A stretch of DNA of 64,000 bases from Azolla caroliniana. Taxonomy: Eukaryota > Plantae > Polypodiophyta. The position numbers and the translations under genes were made by a program. Positions within the stretch are counted from its first letter, which is position 1; each line of letters begins with the position of its first letter. The stretch covers positions 21,018,001 to 21,082,000 of the forward strand of contig JBHGNT010000002.1 in assembly GCA_043228905.1 (NCBI GenBank). The letters run 5' to 3'. The notes under the pieces were generated by a model, which worked only from the letters and a program-made list of their open reading frames with translations, was not told where the DNA came from and did no database searches. Shown one piece after another: positions 60,650 to 64,000 of this stretch.

Positions 60650-61875
60650 AAAGTGGATTTCCAACTGAAATCTAATGCACTACATCGAATTTCAATTAAA
60701 AATCCAAATTTCTTTTAGGTTTTTCATAAAACAATGAGATAATAAAAAAATATTACATTTTCAACAAAATCTAAACCATTGAGTCGGATTTCAATTGCAA
60801 ATTAATGTTTTATGAAAAAACATAAGAAAAATATTGGACTTTCAACGAAACTCAGTGATTTTGAACGGAAATCCGATGCAGTGCATCGGATTTCCATTGA
60901 AAATCCTGTTGAAAATGATCTGTTTTCAACGGGAATCCGATGCAGTGCATCGGATTCCCGTTGAAAACACATCATTTTAAATGGAGAAAATCACAATTTG
61001 TTTATTTTTAACACTTTTTTAGAGAAAAATATAAACAAATAAGAAAATTTTTAAACAAACAAGAAAAAGTGGACTTTCAATGGAAATCCGATGCAGTGCA
61101 TCAGATTTCCGTTGAAAATCCATTTTTTTCAATTCCTATATATTTATTTATGATAAAAACAAAAACAATTCAAAACAAATACAAAAACAAATTCAAAATA
61201 TCTGAAAAATTGGAAACAAATAAGACAAAATGGATTTTCAATAGAAATCCGATGTAGTGCATCGGATTTCTGTTGAAAACCCATTTTTTGCAATTTTTTT
61301 TTTTTATTTATGGGAAAAAATGAGAAAAAATTTAAAAAATACAAAAAAATATTTTAAAATATGAAAATTTGGTAACAAATAGCAAAAAGTGGACTTTCAA
61401 TAGAAATCCGATGCAATGCATCGGATTTCCTTTGAAAATTCATTTTTTCAATTTCTATATAGTTATTTATGAGAAAATAGACAAACAAAATAAACAAACA
61501 AAAAGTGGATTTTCTACGGAAATCCGATGTAGTGCATCGGATTTCCATTGAAAATCTGTTTTTTCAATATTTATTTATTTTTTATAGAAAAAATTCAAAA
61601 AAATAAAATAAAATAAAGGAAATTTGGAAAAAAATACGTAAAAGTGGACTTTCAACCAAAATCCGATGCAGTGCATCGGATTTCCGTTGAAAATCCATTT
61701 TTCAATTTTTATTTATTTTTTTATGGGAAAAATAAAAACAAATTCAAAAACAATTCAAAAAATAAGAAAATTTTCAAAAAAATAAGAGAAATTGGATTTT
61801 CAATTGAATCCGATGCACGGAATTGGATTTTCAATTGAATCCGATGCACGGAATTGGATTTCCATTGAAATCTAA
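60650..61875. repeat. Second palindrome array (ggattttcaa-N3-aaatccgatgcagtgcatcggattt-N3-ttgaaaatcc) with AT-rich spacers
   Basis: At least 7 clear copies near 60857, 60922, 61069, 61231, 61389, 61505 and 61644, plus degenerate copies at both ends. Confidence 0.9.
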
Positions 61876-62269
61876 TTTGTCAATTTTTATTTATTTATTT
61901 ACGAGTAAAATAAAAAATGTTTATTTATTTATTTATGGGAAAATGTTTTATTTTTTCAATTTGTATTTATTTATGTATTTTCGGGAAATCCATGCAATGT
62001 ATCATATTTTAGTCTATGTAGCTAGAATTCAATGCAATGCATTAAAATGCAAGAGTATTTTTTTAATGGAAATTTTTAAAAAATTCCAAGACTTACAGGA
62101 ATCTGATGCATTATATCCAATTCTAGATGTATAGATTAAAATTCGACATGTTGCATCAAATCTAGATGGAATGAATCAGATTTCTGTACGACATCAAAGG
62201 CTTACTATGAGAATCTTTAAGACATTTTTTAGATTCTAATGATTTTGGTAGAAAGCTTCTCTCACATAA

Positions 62270-62640
62270 TCTAATCTTGTAAATGGAAAGTACATAATGA
62301 AATATCATAACCAAAAAGTGAGGAGGAAAGATGCATCAAGCACATCTACTCTTACATTGGATAATGTTTATATATTAGTGTATGACTTATCTTTGACCAA
62401 AACAAGTTATCTGTGACAGACCACAATGAAGATACTAAAAGAGGATCTGGAATGTGGCTTCAGACACAACACAAAGACAAAGAAGAAGCATGGCTCATAA
62501 ACTCGATGAGGTTGGATTGCAATTGGATCAACACAATGCATTAGTTGCCATTGATGATGAGGATGAGACCTCATAAACTCATACTAGTTCATCTAATGGG
62601 TATGAAGATGATGACATAAACTTGAAAAATGATTGTCCTG
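62270..62640 (+). pseudogene. C-terminal remnant of the Sola-like transposase
   Basis: STSTLTLDNVYILVYDLSLTKT..VGLQLDQHNALVAIDDEDETS, homologous to 37100-37400. Confidence 0.82.
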
Positions 62641-62934
62641 ATACGTTAACGATAAATATTGTATTGCACATCAAGATTTGGATTCAGAATTTCTATAAAT
62701 ATTGGGGTTAGTCATTTTGGACATTCATTTGTAAGTTTGGCATGTCCATTATTTAGGCATTTTTTTGAACACCTAAATTTCTGTACATGTTAAAAATCAA
62801 TATATTTTTGGGTCATTTTTAAAATTCCTTTACGCATGCAACACCCCTTATTGTGAATCACCCTAATTTGTGTCATTTTTTGATGGACAGTTCTCAAAAT
62901 GGGACATATTACCTGTTTCAAATGTCCTGGTGTT

Positions 62935-64000
62935 AAATGCTTCTGCAAACTCATTGATACTTAGACCAATCCTAGCATTGCGGATCGTAACTTTATTCAC
63001 TGGTTGAAGATCTTGTATAAACCTTAAGGTTCCATTCTTCTTTGGTACCGTGAACCAGTTATTCGAGTAAGGGGCATTTGATGGCTCCAGAATTCCCATC
63101 TCAACCTTCTCTTTCAAGAGCTTGATTAATTTTGGAATGTTCGCTCTTGGGACTGGTATTGGCTTCAGGTTCCACGACACATGTGGTATTGTGAATACCA
63201 TAATCGGTTTTATCATCCTTGGATTGGTGCATCCTATTTCATTTGGATGGAATGCAAATGCTTTCCCATGTCTTTTGAGCATTTCCCAAAATGCGACTTC
63301 CTCTTCTAGCAACAAAAAATCATCTTTCTCGGCACGAAACTTTTCTCTTGTCTCTTTACTGAAGGCATGTCTGATTCCTCTCGGATCCCATAGGCTTGGA
63401 TCTTGTGCAACTTCATTCATCCTTTGACAACTATCCTCAAATAGTAAAATAGCAACATGCTTTACTTTCTTGTCCACTGTTTTGTATTTCGTATTAGCTT
63501 CGACATTCTCTGCCATGATACTTTGATTATACTCGTCAATGGCGACATACATCTCGATGGAGTTTATCTGAATTGATCGCTAGCTACGAGGGCCCAAGTT
63601 CACGAAATTCTCCATTCCTCCAATGGTGTTGTTAAATGAGGCTTCCTCCATAACCCATTCGATGCTTTCATCACTTTCCAATATTTGTTCTTCTCGTAAA
63701 GCTTCCTTGAAGCTTTGCATCGGAGACTTCTCTTCTTTGTCAAACGTGTTGATTTTGCACACTCCATTAGGGGCTACGTACAACCCTCCTTTTGCAAATT
63801 CGAACTTTTCTTTCTTCTTGGGGCATACACTTCTTTGGACTATTCACACTCCGCTTGCAACCTGAAGCATCTTCTCCGAGACTATCCCGATTCCTTTCAT
63901 GATTGGCACGTATAGTCAAGAACTGTACGGCCTTCTTCCCATCAAGACTCCTTATTCGAGAAAATGCCGCACCATTATCGAATACTTTGGTTTCCATACG
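62935..64000 (-). mobile_element. Gypsy pol fragment (PR-RT junction), interrupted at 62934 by a transposon end
   Basis: TKYKTVDKKV..LKEKVEMGILEPSNAPYSNNWFTVPKKNGTLRFIQDLQPVN..EFAEAF, then homology to the 33090-33863 paralogue stops. Confidence 0.85.

Noticed and set aside
60650-61875. CRISPR array
   Set aside because: Spacers are low-complexity A/T tracts of very variable length, and there are no cas genes.

Overview
Repeat-dense eukaryotic genomic DNA, most likely from a land plant (inferred from GT-AG introns, a plant glutamate-receptor-like gene, and nested Ty1/Copia and Ty3/Gypsy LTR retrotransposons with tRNA-iMet and tRNA-Trp primer sites). The main feature is an apparently intact cut-and-paste DNA transposon at 549-15325 (about 9.2 kb without a nested Copia). 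It has 36-bp terminal inverted repeats starting AACACG and a TTAA target duplication inside an older Copia pol gene. It carries three parts: (i) a 926-aa Sola1-like DDD transposase; (ii) a divergently transcribed, spliced gene of about 960 aa fusing a ParB/Srx-like domain to a bacterial-type beta-class amino (N4-cytosine/N6-adenine) DNA methyltransferase; (iii) between them, ten long palindromes at about 51-bp spacing, reminiscent of parS sites. Decayed relatives recur at 28.9-31.1 kb, 37-39 kb, 53-54 kb and 60.6-62.9 kb. The last has a different but covarying palindrome array (shared core CGATRC-N3-GYATCG) and the same AACAC terminus. The rest of the window is nested LTR retroelements, a segmental duplication of about 5.4 kb, and a GLR gene that appears to lack the amino-terminal domain. 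All family assignments come from motif reading by eye, not database searches.
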